Shown piece by piece: positions 1-10,032 of a stretch of DNA of 32,000 bases. Both the position numbers and the translations under genes were made by a program. The notes below the pieces were generated by a model. The model saw nothing but the letters and a program-made list of their open reading frames with translations. It had not been told where the DNA came from and did not search any database. The stretch lies in contig CAZKBG010000001.1 in assembly GCA_964551375.1 (NCBI GenBank), positions 210,001 through 242,000 on the forward strand, written 5' to 3'. Source of the DNA: an uncultured archaeon (GTDB taxonomy: Archaea; Iainarchaeota; Iainarchaeia; Iainarchaeales; JAAZKV01). Every line of letters starts with the position of its first letter. The first letter of the stretch is position 1.

Positions 1-294
1 TTCAGGAACAAATCCCACAAATTCATCAATGACTTTCCCGTCTTTAAACATTTTCACCGCAGGAATGCCAGTTATTCCAAATCTTGTTGATTGAATTGGA
101 TTAGCGTCAACATTTAGTTTTGCAATCTTTACTTTGCCTTTGTATTTTGCAGCAAGCTTTTCCATCACAGGAGTCAGCATTTTACAAGGCATGCACCAGT
201 CAGCCCAAAAATCAACCACCACAATTTCTCCTTTTGGCGCTTTTAACACCATTTCATCAAAATTTTTATCACTTATTTCTATCGCATTATGCAT
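1..294 (-). CDS. Thioredoxin-like protein, C-terminus truncated by window edge (MHNAIEISDKNFDEMVLKAPKGEIVVVDFWADWCMPCKMLTPVMEKLAAKYKGKVKIAKLNVDANP...)
   Basis: Minus-strand reading frame open to the window edge; WADWCMPCK active site and GIPAVKMFKDGK cis-Pro region. Not in the ORF track because it runs off the edge. Confidence 0.93.
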   Translation of the reverse strand, partial: MHNAIEISDKNFDEMVLKAPKGEIVVVDFWADWCMPCKMLTPVMEKLAAKYKGKVKIAKLNVDANPIQSTRFGITGIPAVKMFKDGKVIDEFVGFVPE

Positions 295-484
295 ATTATT
301 CACCGTGCCCCATTAAGTCAGTAGTGATTATTATACACACACTCATTTATATACGATTTGAAGTTGTGCAAATGAACCGCTTTTATTCACACCCAGTTTA
401 TAAAAAATAGAAATTCTGCCGCAGTTTTTACTCCGCGGCAAAATCTAAATCTTTATTTTGCTTTCCAATCACTTTTATTTTCCA

Positions 485-1285
485 TTACCTTGATTTTTTC
501 TTTCCCATTACCTTGTTAATATTTTGAGCCATTTCAAGCACATCCACAGGCACTGCCAAAATAACAGTGTTGCTTGCGCTTGGACCAAGACCGTCAATTG
601 TTTGAAGAGTCCTTAGTTGCATTGCGCCTTTAGTTTTAGCCATGATTTGAGCGGCTTTTGAAAGATTCTCCGCAGCCATTCTATCCCCTTCGGATTTAAT
701 GATAGTAGCTCTTTTTTCTCTTTCAGAGCTTGCCTGCCTTGACATGATTCTTTTCAAATCTTCAGGCATTTCAATATCCTGCAGTTTGATTTCCTGAACT
801 TCAATCCCCCACTGGATTGAAGCTTTTTCAACAATTTTTTCAATGTCTTTTCCAATGTTTTCTCTTTCAGTCAAAACGTTATCAAGCATCATGCTCCCAG
901 CAACGTCCCTTAATGCAGTCTGGGCATATTGTGAAATTGCATATTCATAATCTTGAATTTTTGTTACCGCTGTCGCAGCATCAGCGACTTTAAAATAAAC
1001 AACTCCATTTATCGCAACAGGAACGTTATCTTTAGTAATCACCTGCTGTTTTTGAATATCAATAGTAACAATTCTCATGTCAATTTTTCTAATCGAATCA
1101 ATTACTGGAATAATAATTCTAAGCCCCGGCTGAAGAGTGTCCTTATACTTCCCAAGCCTGAATCTTACCCCATTTTCCCACTGATTGATAATTCTAATTC
1201 CCATGATTGCTAAAATCACTGCTACAATTAGTATCAGCCAAAAGGAACCAAATAATACCCCAATTATTAAATCAGCTAATGCCAT
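485..1285 (-). CDS. SPFH/stomatin (slipin)-family membrane protein, 266 aa
   Basis: N-terminal TM segment followed by RPGLRIIIPVIDSIRKIDMRIVTIDIQKQQVITKDNVPVAINGVVYFKV and ASSEREKRATIIKSEGDRMAAENL, typical of slipins. Confidence 0.93.
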   Translation of the reverse strand: MALADLIIGVLFGSFWLILIVAVILAIMGIRIINQWENGVRFRLGKYKDTLQPGLRIIIPVIDSIRKIDMRIVTIDIQKQQVITKDNVPVAINGVVYFKVADAATAVTKIQDYEYAISQYAQTALRDVAGSMMLDNVLTERENIGKDIEKIVEKASIQWGIEVQEIKLQDIEMPEDLKRIMSRQASSEREKRATIIKSEGDRMAAENLSKAAQIMAKTKGAMQLRTLQTIDGLGPSASNTVILAVPVDVLEMAQNINKVMGKKKSR

Positions 1286-1390
1286 AATCTTGCCCCCTTA
1301 TATGAATTATAATTAATCCTATTTTTAAATTAATTCACTGAAGAAGACTCGTTGAATTTTATCTAATTTATGGGCAAATTACATAAGTTC

Positions 1391-2101
1391 TTATTTGCTG
1401 CTGTGATGAGCCCATCTCTTTTTGTTCTTTTTATCATTCTTCCCTTCAAGCTTAATCATGCTCGCCCAGTCAAATTTAAAGAAAACAATAATCGCAACTA
1501 CGCCTATTATTTCAATCATAATAGTAAACAAGTTCATATTTCCAGCCATTGTGGACTGCACTGATGAGAAAACCTTGTCCACAGTGAAAACCAAAAATAA
1601 ATAACTAATAGTTCTTCCAACAACAAATCCAGCAAGTATTTCCCTCAACCTTGTCTTAGTCGCCCCAAAAGCAATGAATAAAGCATTTGAAGGAAGAGGG
1701 CTTAAAGCATAAATAATTGTGAAGGTAAACTTCTCCCAGCTCTTTGCGCTCAATTGCTTTTCAATTGATTTTAACTCATGCATCTTTTCCCTGCTCGCAA
1801 ATCGAGTAGCAACATACCCTGATAGTTTAGCAAGCGCAAAACGGCCCACAGTTGAAGCGCTCACTCCAATAAAAACAAGGACCCAAATATTCTGCGGCCT
1901 TGTTATATTAAAAAAAGACAAAACTGCCCAGGTAGGCGGAGCCATAGCAGGAACAACGTTAATTACAAGAACAATTACCCACTGAACAATCAAAAGAAGC
2001 CAGTAATCCATTAACTCTAATCCAAGCATTAAAACCAAAATAAGCAGGGCTTTTATGTTTATATAGTTTTTGCAAAGATTAATACTTAGAAAAGGGCACA
2101 C
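1391..2101 (-). CDS. Multi-TM protein, DedA/VTT-domain-like, 236 aa
   Basis: Several hydrophobic helices with ALSPLPSNALFIAFGATKTRLREILAGFVVGRTISY, resembling the VTT/DedA conserved region. Confidence 0.6.
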   Translation of the reverse strand: MCPFLSINLCKNYINIKALLILVLMLGLELMDYWLLLIVQWVIVLVINVVPAMAPPTWAVLSFFNITRPQNIWVLVFIGVSASTVGRFALAKLSGYVATRFASREKMHELKSIEKQLSAKSWEKFTFTIIYALSPLPSNALFIAFGATKTRLREILAGFVVGRTISYLFLVFTVDKVFSSVQSTMAGNMNLFTIMIEIIGVVAIIVFFKFDWASMIKLEGKNDKKNKKRWAHHSSK

Positions 2102-2137
2102 AAGTTAAGTGTGCATAATTTTAGTTTTTAGATTAGC

Positions 2138-2620
2138 ATGGAAAAGATTTTTATGAAAATGCTTGAAATAGGCTCCGGAAACAAGCCAAAAGAAGGATAC
2201 ATTCACTTCGACATACGGGCTAACGTTAAAGCTGACGTAGTTGGAGACGCAAAAAAACTGCCGTTTAAAGACGCTGAATTTGACAAAGTATACTCAAGAT
2301 TTTTCCTTGAGCACCTCCCGCGCGGAGAAGCTAAACTTGCAGTTAAAGAAATGAACAGAGTGCTAAAAAAAGGGGGCGAAATTGAAATAATTGTCCCAGA
2401 CCTTGCCTACTTTTGCAAATTATTCATTGAGGAAAAAGGACAGAAGAAAGAATGGGCGCTGAATAAAATGTACGGATTTGAAAACTACAAAGAAGACCAC
2501 CATTATTTTGGGTATGATTACGAAACTTTGCTTCAAACTCTAAAAGAAGCAGGGTTTATTGAAATCAAAAGAACAACTGAAGAAGGACAATATCTTGGAG
2601 TGACTGCAAAGAAACCTTAG
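2138..2620 (+). CDS. SAM-dependent class I methyltransferase (methyltransf_11-like), 160 aa
   Basis: MLEIGSGNKPKEGYIHFD ... VVGDAKKLPFKDAEFDKVYSRFFLEHLPRGEAKLAVKEMNRVLKKGGEIEIIVPD. Confidence 0.88.
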   Translation: MEKIFMKMLEIGSGNKPKEGYIHFDIRANVKADVVGDAKKLPFKDAEFDKVYSRFFLEHLPRGEAKLAVKEMNRVLKKGGEIEIIVPDLAYFCKLFIEEKGQKKEWALNKMYGFENYKEDHHYFGYDYETLLQTLKEAGFIEIKRTTEEGQYLGVTAKKP

Positions 2621-2642
2621 GCAATTTGACCAGGTTTTACCT

Positions 2643-3308
2643 GTGTTTAAAAACTGTTGCGTTGAAATTTTGTGTGAAAGTGTCAATATGAAAACAAATA
2701 ATTTAAATATAAAAATCATAGCAATTATAGGATTAATTGCAATTACATTTATGTTGTTTGGCTGCACAAGCGAGCCAACAACAGCCAAAGCGGGGGATGA
2801 CACAATGGCAACTAGCACAAGTGATAATACAGGAGCTTTAAGCCCTGACAACAACTCAAAAGTTTTTAACAATCTTAATGAATTTAGAAAAGCAAAAGAC
2901 GGAGATAAAGTAAAAGTTGATTACACCGGAAGACTAACCGACGGAACAATTTTTGATTCAAGCGTGGGAAAAACTCCTCTTGAATTTACAGTAGGCGCAG
3001 GCCAAATGATAAAAGGATTTGACGCGGCAATCTTAGGAATGAAAGAAGGAGAAACAAAAGTAGTTACTCTAACTCCTGACCAGGCATACGGCTTTCCGGA
3101 TCCAAAAATGATTTCTGTTCTTGACGCAAATAATTTTGGAAATTTTAGTAAATTAACTGTTGGAATGGAAGTAAGGGGAACTGACGGATTCAATGTAATA
3201 GTCGGAAGAGTTATTGAAATCAACGACACTAACGCAAAAGTTGATTTTAATCCCGAACTTGCCGGAAAAACTCTTGTGTTTGACATAAAACTAGTCGATA
3301 TAGAATAG
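2643..3308 (+). CDS. FKBP-type peptidyl-prolyl cis-trans isomerase, predicted lipoprotein
   Basis: Signal with lipobox MLFGCTSEP; KVKVDYTGRLTDGTIFDSS...PLEFTVGAGQMIKGFDAAILGMKEGETKVVTLTPDQAYG. True start may be the internal MKTNNLN. Confidence 0.95.
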   Translation: MFKNCCVEILCESVNMKTNNLNIKIIAIIGLIAITFMLFGCTSEPTTAKAGDDTMATSTSDNTGALSPDNNSKVFNNLNEFRKAKDGDKVKVDYTGRLTDGTIFDSSVGKTPLEFTVGAGQMIKGFDAAILGMKEGETKVVTLTPDQAYGFPDPKMISVLDANNFGNFSKLTVGMEVRGTDGFNVIVGRVIEINDTNAKVDFNPELAGKTLVFDIKLVDIE

Positions 3309-3321
3309 TTTTGGTGATTCA

Positions 3322-3834
3322 TTGAGAAAAGCGCTGATAATATACTACGCAGAAAGTGAAAAAGGCAAAGTCGCAAACGAGGAAAAGGTCGCGGCAGAAT
3401 TTGAAAAGCTTTTTAAAAAATCAAATTTTAACGTGACTAAAATCCTTCTTCAAACAAAAAAGAAAATGAAAATTAAACTCCAGCTCAAAATGGAAAAAGC
3501 CCTTGAGTTAAAGGACAAAATCCCCCAGATTTCTTCATTTGACTTAGTAGTAGTAGGTTCGCCAATAATCGGCTCGCTGACTTCAGCCCCTGCAGTGAAT
3601 ACTTTTCTTAGACAGCTGCCAAAAACCCCTAAAAACCAGAAGCCGAAATTCGTGCTGTTTTCAACAGGAGTAATCCCCGGATTTGCAATCAAAAAAATGC
3701 AGAGCTTATTGTCAATGAAAGGCGCAAGCGTTATTGATTCTGAAACATTCACAAGCATTTTTGAATTTGACAATAAAAAACTTATTGAAGTGGATAAATT
3801 CTACTCCAAAGTCATGCAAAAACTTACAAACTAA
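3322..3834 (+). CDS. Flavodoxin-like-fold protein, 170 aa
   Basis: N-terminal ALIIYYAESEKGK, SSFDLVVVGSPIIGSLTSAPAVNTFLRQLPK; TTG start codon; follows the FKBP gene by 13 bp. Confidence 0.65.
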   Translation: MRKALIIYYAESEKGKVANEEKVAAEFEKLFKKSNFNVTKILLQTKKKMKIKLQLKMEKALELKDKIPQISSFDLVVVGSPIIGSLTSAPAVNTFLRQLPKTPKNQKPKFVLFSTGVIPGFAIKKMQSLLSMKGASVIDSETFTSIFEFDNKKLIEVDKFYSKVMQKLTN

Positions 3835-3904
3835 CAAAAGAGCCTTTAACTTAACAAAATTAATCTTTGGCTAAGTAATCCTTGTCTGATTAATCTTTAC
3901 CCAA

Positions 3905-4687
3905 TTAGTCTTTGTCTATTTCTGAATTCAGCTGATTCATCAAGTCATCCTCAACTTCATCAAGCTGCTCTTCCCTTTTTCTTTCAGTGGACAACTTTTC
4001 CTGCCTTGCAATCTCCTTAGCCCCTTCTTTAAGAGAGCTTTTTAATTTTGCAATCTCATCGCTGTTCTGAATAGCAGTAATCTGCCCCTCAATTGAAATA
4101 ATTTCCTTATTAATGTCTGAAGTTATTCTTTGAAATGAATTCTGGTCAATTTTTCTTTTCAAATAACTCTTTTCTGCAATTTTTAATTCATGAGTCTTCT
4201 TCTGCTTCTGCTCCATGAGCTTCATTATAATCTTCTTCTTATCGGAGGAAACTGTTTTTGCTTTCTTTAAATCCTCTTTAGGCAAATCAGCGGATTTTAA
4301 CGAATCCATTTCGGATTCAATTTCAATAAGCTTCTGATTCTGTTCCTGACAGATTGAATCATAAGTTTCCTTGTCAATTTTGTGCTTCAAATACTGCCTC
4401 TCCGCTTCCTTTAATGCATTAGTAACCTTCTGCCTCTCAAGAGAAATGTCATTTGATTTCTGAACAATGTCTTTCTTTGGGCGCTGAGGGATTTGTATTT
4501 TTGAGGCAACGCTTGACACAACAATAAGAATTCCAATCAAAACCATAACAAAAACTAAAGGAGCAATATACACTAAAATCCCAAATTCTTCAACAAGCTG
4601 CGGGGCAAGGTCCTTCATAAAAAAGATTGAAACAATCGCCGCCAAAAACAAAACAACGATAATGACTGAAGTTATTCTTCTATCCAT
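3905..4687 (-). CDS. Membrane-anchored coiled-coil protein of unknown function, 260 aa
   Basis: Two N-terminal hydrophobic segments then long charged K/E-rich coiled coil. Confidence 0.7.
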   Translation of the reverse strand: MDRRITSVIIVVLFLAAIVSIFFMKDLAPQLVEEFGILVYIAPLVFVMVLIGILIVVSSVASKIQIPQRPKKDIVQKSNDISLERQKVTNALKEAERQYLKHKIDKETYDSICQEQNQKLIEIESEMDSLKSADLPKEDLKKAKTVSSDKKKIIMKLMEQKQKKTHELKIAEKSYLKRKIDQNSFQRITSDINKEIISIEGQITAIQNSDEIAKLKSSLKEGAKEIARQEKLSTERKREEQLDEVEDDLMNQLNSEIDKD

Positions 4688-4800
4688 GCAGAAATCAAGG
4701 CTTTTAATAATAAAAAGCTAACGGATTTGAATTATTTAAGTTTTTAAAAATAGAAAAGCGACCCTTTGTCGCCAATTAACCAATAAAAGAAATAGAAAAG

Positions 4801-4873
4801 CGACCCTGGCGCGAATCGAACGCGCGGTCTCCTGCTTAGAAGGCAGGCGCCTTATCCACTGGGCTACAGGGTC
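4801..4873 (-). tRNA. tRNA-Arg (anticodon TCT)
   Basis: Minus strand GACCCTGTAGCCCAGTGGATAAGGCGCCTGCCTTCTAAGCAGGAGACCGCGCGTTCGATTCGCGCCAGGGTCG folds as a cloverleaf; anticodon loop ctTCTaa; no encoded CCA. Confidence 0.96.
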
Positions 4874-5014
4874 AGCTGCAATTGACTAAACTATCCAAGG
4901 CTATAATTTAATTAAGTCCCACTACCGTATTTAAAGCTATTTATTTCTGTGAAAAAAACAACAAAGAACATAGTTTAATGCTTTTTAAAAAGCATTCACC
5001 ATAATTATATTGAT

Positions 5015-6733
5015 ATGAATTTCAAGGAAAAAGTGGCTGAATTAATCTCGAAAAGCTCATCTACTTCAAAAGAAACAATTTTGCCGCTCATAACAGTTCC
5101 CCCGCAGGGAATGGGCGACTATGCGTTCCCCTGCTTTGTAATCGCAAAAACCCAAAAGAAAAACCCTGTTGAAGTTGCTCACGATTTGTCAAAACTTCTT
5201 AAAGCCGATTTTATAGAAAGAGTTGAATCAAAAGGGCCTTACTTAAATTTTTTTATTTCCAAATCAATTCTCTCAAGCAGCGCGCTTGAAGGAATATTCA
5301 GCGGAAAATCGCTTGAAACAAAACTTGGAAGCGGAAAAGTAATGGTGGAGTATTCAAGCCCAAATACAAACAAACCCCTTCACATAGGACACTTAAGAAA
5401 TAATTCTCTCGGGCTTGCAATTGCTAACTTAATGGAAGCAGCAGGACACAAGGTAATTAAGGCAAATTTAGTAAATGACAGAGGAGTCCATATTTGCAAA
5501 AGCATGCTTGCATACAAGTTATTTGCAAATGGAAAAGATCCTGTTAAGGAAGGCAAAAAATCCGACCACTTTGTCGGGGACATGTACGTTTTATTCTCAC
5601 AGAAAGCAAAGGAGGATCCGACTCTTGAAGACAAAGCCCAAGAGATGCTTGTTGCATGGGAAAAAGGAGATAAAGAAACAATCGCTCTTTGGAAAAAAAT
5701 GAATAAATGGGCGCTTGACGGAATGAAAGAAACTTACAAAACATTTGGGACAAATTTTGACACATGGCTCTTTGAATCAGAAGTTTACAAAACAGATTTA
5801 AGCAAAACAATAATTGAGGAAGGATTGAAAAAAGAAATTTTCAAAAAAGAGGATGACGGGGCAATTATAGCAATTCTTGAGCCAGAGCTTCCTAATAAAG
5901 TTTTATTGAGAAGAGACGGAACTTCGCTTTATGCAACAAATGATATTGGATTAACACAAAAAAAGTTTGAGGAATACAAGCTTGACAAGGCAATTTGGGT
6001 TGTTGCAAACGAACAGGACTTATACTTTAAACAACTGTTTAAGATATTTGAGAAACTCGGCAGAAAATGGGCAAAACAGTGCTACCACTTAAGCTACGGG
6101 TATGTTTCACTGCCAAGCGGAAGAATGAAATCAAGAGAAGGAACTGTAGTTGACGGCGATGATTTAATTGAAGAAATAAGAAAAATTGCCCTTGCAGAAA
6201 TTAAGAAAAGATATCCTCAGCTTAAAGACAAAGATGCAAATGAAAGAGCGCTTGCAATTTCTCTCTCAGCAATTAAATTCTACCTGCTGAAGAATGACGC
6301 AAAGAAAGACATGACTTTTGACCCTGAAAAAAGCATTTCATTTGAAGGAGAAACAGGACCATACCTCCAGTACACTTATGCAAGAGCTTCAAGCATCATA
6401 AAAAAAGCGGCTCTTGAAAAAGTTGATTTGAAAAAATTATCAAAAGCTAACTTTTCACTTTTAACAGAACAAAAGGAAAAAGAGCTTATTATAGAACTTG
6501 GGAAGTATTCAACTTCAATAAAAAAGTCCTGGGAAGAGCTTTCACTTCACCCGCTTTGCCACAACTTGCTTGGAATTGCGGAGAAATTTAACTCATTCTA
6601 CCATGACGTGCCTGTAATGAAAGCTGAAAATGAGAAAATAAAACTTGCCCGAATAGCTCTTGTTGAAGCGACAAGAATTGTGCTAAAAAAAGGATTTGAA
6701 CTAATTGATATTAAAGCAATTGAAGAGATGTAA
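5015..6733 (+). CDS. argS: Arginyl-tRNA synthetase
   Basis: SSPNTNKPLHIGHLRNNSLG, LVNDRGVHICKSM, SLPSGRMKSREGTVV, DALR-like C-terminus. Confidence 0.97.
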   Translation: MNFKEKVAELISKSSSTSKETILPLITVPPQGMGDYAFPCFVIAKTQKKNPVEVAHDLSKLLKADFIERVESKGPYLNFFISKSILSSSALEGIFSGKSLETKLGSGKVMVEYSSPNTNKPLHIGHLRNNSLGLAIANLMEAAGHKVIKANLVNDRGVHICKSMLAYKLFANGKDPVKEGKKSDHFVGDMYVLFSQKAKEDPTLEDKAQEMLVAWEKGDKETIALWKKMNKWALDGMKETYKTFGTNFDTWLFESEVYKTDLSKTIIEEGLKKEIFKKEDDGAIIAILEPELPNKVLLRRDGTSLYATNDIGLTQKKFEEYKLDKAIWVVANEQDLYFKQLFKIFEKLGRKWAKQCYHLSYGYVSLPSGRMKSREGTVVDGDDLIEEIRKIALAEIKKRYPQLKDKDANERALAISLSAIKFYLLKNDAKKDMTFDPEKSISFEGETGPYLQYTYARASSIIKKAALEKVDLKKLSKANFSLLTEQKEKELIIELGKYSTSIKKSWEELSLHPLCHNLLGIAEKFNSFYHDVPVMKAENEKIKLARIALVEATRIVLKKGFELIDIKAIEEM

Positions 6734-6789
6734 TCAAACCCCTAAACTTAAAATATTTCTTAATCTTAGCTAAAAGTCTTAACTTTAAC

Positions 6790-8625
6790 TTATTCAACAA
6801 CAGCCTTTATTCTTCTTACGCCTGCCGCAACTGCTTCCTGCTTTAAGATTTTAAATTTTCCAAGCTCTTTTGTGTTTTTCACATGCGGACCGCCGCAAAG
6901 TTCTCTTGAAAATACTTTTGCGCCTTTTTTAATTGTATAAACTTTCACCTGCTCGCCGTACTTGTCTTCAAATAATCCCTGCGCTCCAAGTTTCTTTGCT
7001 TCTGCAATAGGCAAAACAGCCATTTCAACATCAGCTTCTGCTTTAATTGCATCATTAACCCAATCCTCAACTTTCTTTAACTGTTCATCAGTTAATTTCT
7101 CATCAGAATTAAAATCAAATCTTAATCTTTCAGCAGTGATATTTGAGCCCTTTTGGTGAATTCCCTTGTCAACTATTTGTCTTAGCGCTTCATTCAATAA
7201 ATGAGTTGCTGTGTGAAGCCTTGTTGTAACTTCACCGTGATCTGCCAAGCCTCCTTTGAATTTCTGCTCAGCGCCTTTTCTTGAAAGCTCCTGATGCTCT
7301 TTTAATAATTTTTCAAATCCTTCAACATCAACGCTAAATCCTTTCTCTTTGCACATTTCAACAGTCATTTCAAGCGGGAAGCCGTAGCTTTGGAATAAAT
7401 CAAATGCTCCTTTTGCGTTGAGTTTCTTGTCAGGACTTTTGTCCAAGAATTGAAGCTTTTTCTCAAGTACTTTTGTTCCATTTTCAAGCGCAGCGGAGAA
7501 CTTTTCTTCTTCCTTTTCAAGTTCATCAAAAATTCTTGCCTTATTTTTTTCAACTTCAGGATAAACAGAGCCCATTACTTTAACCGCAACTTTTGCAACT
7601 TCAGCGCAGAACTTCCCCTCAATTCCAAGAACTCTCGCATGCCTTATGCTTCTTCTAATAAACCTTCTCAAAATATACCCTTGGTCAACATTGCTTGGAG
7701 AAATTCCTTTCTCATCGCCCAAAATCATCACAGCCGCCCTTAAGTGGTCAGTAATAATTCTTGCGCTTCTTGTCCACTCAGGCTTGAACACATTAGTAAG
7801 CCCGTTAAAATAAGGCGAAAGAGATTTTACTTTATCAAAAATCGGTTTTAAAGTATCGCACTCATAAACGCTTGTAAATCCATTCAACACTGCAACAGTT
7901 CTTTCAACACCCATCCCAGTATCAATATTCTTCTTAGCAAGCTCAGGGAATTTGCCGTCTGCTGTTTTGTTATACTGCATTAGCACATCATTCCAAATCT
8001 CGCAAAATGAGCCTTCTTTGCACAACTTCAAAAAATCAGCAGTATTTTTTTCCAAAATATCCTTAACATGATAAAACATTTCAGTGTCAGGTCCGCAAGG
8101 GCCAGTTAATCCAGCAGGGCCCCACCAATTATCAGCCTTTGGCAAAAAATGAATCCTGCTTTTTAAAACGCCAGCTTTTTCCCAAGCGCTTGCAGCTTCA
8201 AGGTCCCTAGGAGCATCCTTATCTCCTTCAAAACAAGTAACACTTAACCGTTCTTTAGGAATTTTTAATTCCTTAGTCAAAAAATCATAACTGAATCCAA
8301 CCATTTCTTTCTTGAAATAATCCCCTAAAGACCAATTTCCAAGCATTTCAAAAAAACTTAAATGCCAAGCATCCCCAACTTCATCAATATCCCCCGTTCG
8401 AATGCATTTTTGAACATTGCAAATCCTTTTTCCCAAAGGATGAGGCTCTCCAAGCAGATATGGAACAAGCGGGTGCATTCCAGCAGTAGTAAAAAGAACA
8501 GTGGGATCATTTTCAGGAATTAAAGAAGCGCTTGGTATTCTCTTATGCCCCATCTTCTCAAAGAACTTTAGATACTTTTCCCTTAACTCACTGCTTGAAA
8601 TCATAACAATACAACTACAAATCAA
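6790..8625 (-). CDS. alaS: Alanyl-tRNA synthetase, short form (611 aa; start probably the internal MISSSELREKY at about 8604)
   Basis: SSSELREKYLKFFEKMGHKRIPSASLIPENDPTVLFTTAGMHPLVPYL, class II catalytic core, editing motif HTATHLLNEALR, and CGGPHVKNTKELGKF at the C-terminus. Confidence 0.96.
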   Translation of the reverse strand: MICSCIVMISSSELREKYLKFFEKMGHKRIPSASLIPENDPTVLFTTAGMHPLVPYLLGEPHPLGKRICNVQKCIRTGDIDEVGDAWHLSFFEMLGNWSLGDYFKKEMVGFSYDFLTKELKIPKERLSVTCFEGDKDAPRDLEAASAWEKAGVLKSRIHFLPKADNWWGPAGLTGPCGPDTEMFYHVKDILEKNTADFLKLCKEGSFCEIWNDVLMQYNKTADGKFPELAKKNIDTGMGVERTVAVLNGFTSVYECDTLKPIFDKVKSLSPYFNGLTNVFKPEWTRSARIITDHLRAAVMILGDEKGISPSNVDQGYILRRFIRRSIRHARVLGIEGKFCAEVAKVAVKVMGSVYPEVEKNKARIFDELEKEEEKFSAALENGTKVLEKKLQFLDKSPDKKLNAKGAFDLFQSYGFPLEMTVEMCKEKGFSVDVEGFEKLLKEHQELSRKGAEQKFKGGLADHGEVTTRLHTATHLLNEALRQIVDKGIHQKGSNITAERLRFDFNSDEKLTDEQLKKVEDWVNDAIKAEADVEMAVLPIAEAKKLGAQGLFEDKYGEQVKVYTIKKGAKVFSRELCGGPHVKNTKELGKFKILKQEAVAAGVRRIKAVVE

Positions 8626-8722
8626 CTATAAATAACAAATTGAGAAACAATTTTAAAAGCAATTTAGATGCTGCAAATACAAGTTTTTATCACGCATATT
8701 ATATTTGCAATTTTTAAAATTA

Positions 8723-8967
8723 GCAGTGGGGAGTAAGCCACTTTTTGTTCACCGGATAGTAACGCGAAAGCGCGTTTCCGATTGGCATTAACCTAAGCCT
8801 CCTTTCGGAGTTGCACCACAGCCCCCGTTGCATCTTTTCATTGCTGAAAAGTTCGTTTCTGTTGAGCTGCCCATCCTTTCGGATTTAACGGGATTCCCTT
8901 TGCAGAGAAGGTGAGCGGACTTTCCTCAGCAACCCCTGCGGGGCGCCGTCAGCCAATCTCCCACTAC
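8723..8967 (-). ncRNA. rnpB: RNase P RNA (archaeal type)
   Basis: Minus strand contains conserved region GCTGAGGAAAGTCCGCTCACC near its 5' end. The terminal complementarity AGTGGG...CCCACT (GTAGTGGGAG.../...CTTACTCCCCACTGC) closes the molecule. Internal CAACAGAAACG and GGTTAATGCCAATC sections also fit. Confidence 0.9.
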
Positions 8968-9131
8968 TAAAATAATTCCTGCATAGGACGTTTATTAACT
9001 TAATTGAGAGGCAAAAAGACCGTTAAATCAAGTCAAAACTAAAAAACAATCTGAAGGCTTAAATTAAGCCTGTTTTATTTTAAGTTTAATTTTATTTTCT
9101 TCTGAGATTTATTTTATTTTAAAAAAATTGC

Positions 9132-9734
9132 TTAAACATGCCCGCCTTGTTTAAGAAGAGCATGAATTTCATGAACAAATCCTTCAACATGATCCTTAGT
9201 CAATCTTCTGCTCTGACTAGCCGCATCTTCAATTACCCTAATTGAATGGCTGTTTTGAATTAACTTAGCAAGAATCTTTGGCTCAATCTGCGCAACTTCA
9301 GGACCAAGTTGTGCAATTAATTCTCTTACAAGAACCATTTTAGTCATGGTAGGAAGACGAGTGTGTCTCATTACTTCAGCCAAATTCTTTTCAAGCTCTT
9401 TTGTTACCTTCTGTTCTTCAGCCTTATGAAGCCTTTTTGCTAACTGCATTTCGCCTTCGTATTCTAAAAGTTCTTTTCTATCGCGCAAAAATTGAATATA
9501 CTCTTCCTCGCTCATTTGATATCCTCTTCCACGAAGAGCTTCCATTTCACGAGCCCTGGCAAGAACTCCGGCTCTATTCTTAGCCATCTGTTCATACTTT
9601 CCTTTTAACTGCCCTGCAAAACCAGTTCCCACACCGCGCAGTTCTTTAACGCCAGTCATCCCATACAATGCATTACTCCTTTCGGCGCGCTTTCCTAAAT
9701 TAGAAAAAGCTTTTTTGAAGTTAAGCCTGACCAT
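9132..9734 (-). CDS. Hypothetical charged, helical protein, 200 aa
   Basis: Long ORF with consistent composition and no recognisable motif. Confidence 0.7.
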   Translation of the reverse strand: MVRLNFKKAFSNLGKRAERSNALYGMTGVKELRGVGTGFAGQLKGKYEQMAKNRAGVLARAREMEALRGRGYQMSEEEYIQFLRDRKELLEYEGEMQLAKRLHKAEEQKVTKELEKNLAEVMRHTRLPTMTKMVLVRELIAQLGPEVAQIEPKILAKLIQNSHSIRVIEDAASQSRRLTKDHVEGFVHEIHALLKQGGHV

Positions 9735-9860
9735 ATAGAAGAATACGTTTAGGGCGTTTATAATAATATCTGAAAAATAATTTGAATTTACACAGGTTAA
9801 TTAGTTTAAGGCCGGTTAATTAAATAAAATTAGAAAAGTGTTAAAGGAAAAAAGCCTATC

Positions 9861-10007
9861 CTATCGCTTCTTTCCTCTTTTCTTAAGCCATGTGAGAATC
9901 TTCTTAACTTTAGATTTCTTGGACTTTTTGCTTGGAGCTCTCCCGCCCCTATGCTTTACTTTCTTAGCTTTTTTTGCAACTTTTCTTTTAACTTTTCGCT
10001 TAGCCAT
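9861..10007 (-). CDS. Small lysine-rich protein (48 aa): MAKRKVKRKVAKKAKKVKHRGGRAPSKKSKKSKVKKILTWLKKRGKKR
   Basis: Hand-translated from the minus strand; ATG at 10007, TAG at 9861-9863. Below the ORF-track length cutoff. Confidence 0.6.
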   Translation of the reverse strand: MAKRKVKRKVAKKAKKVKHRGGRAPSKKSKKSKVKKILTWLKKRGKKR

Positions 10008-10032
10008 ACTGTTCTCGTCCCTAATAAAAATT

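Noticed and set aside
7450-7743. 97-aa ORF opposite alaS, and the 62-aa same-strand out-of-frame ORF at 7365
   Set aside because: Both lie within alaS coding sequence and lack motifs.
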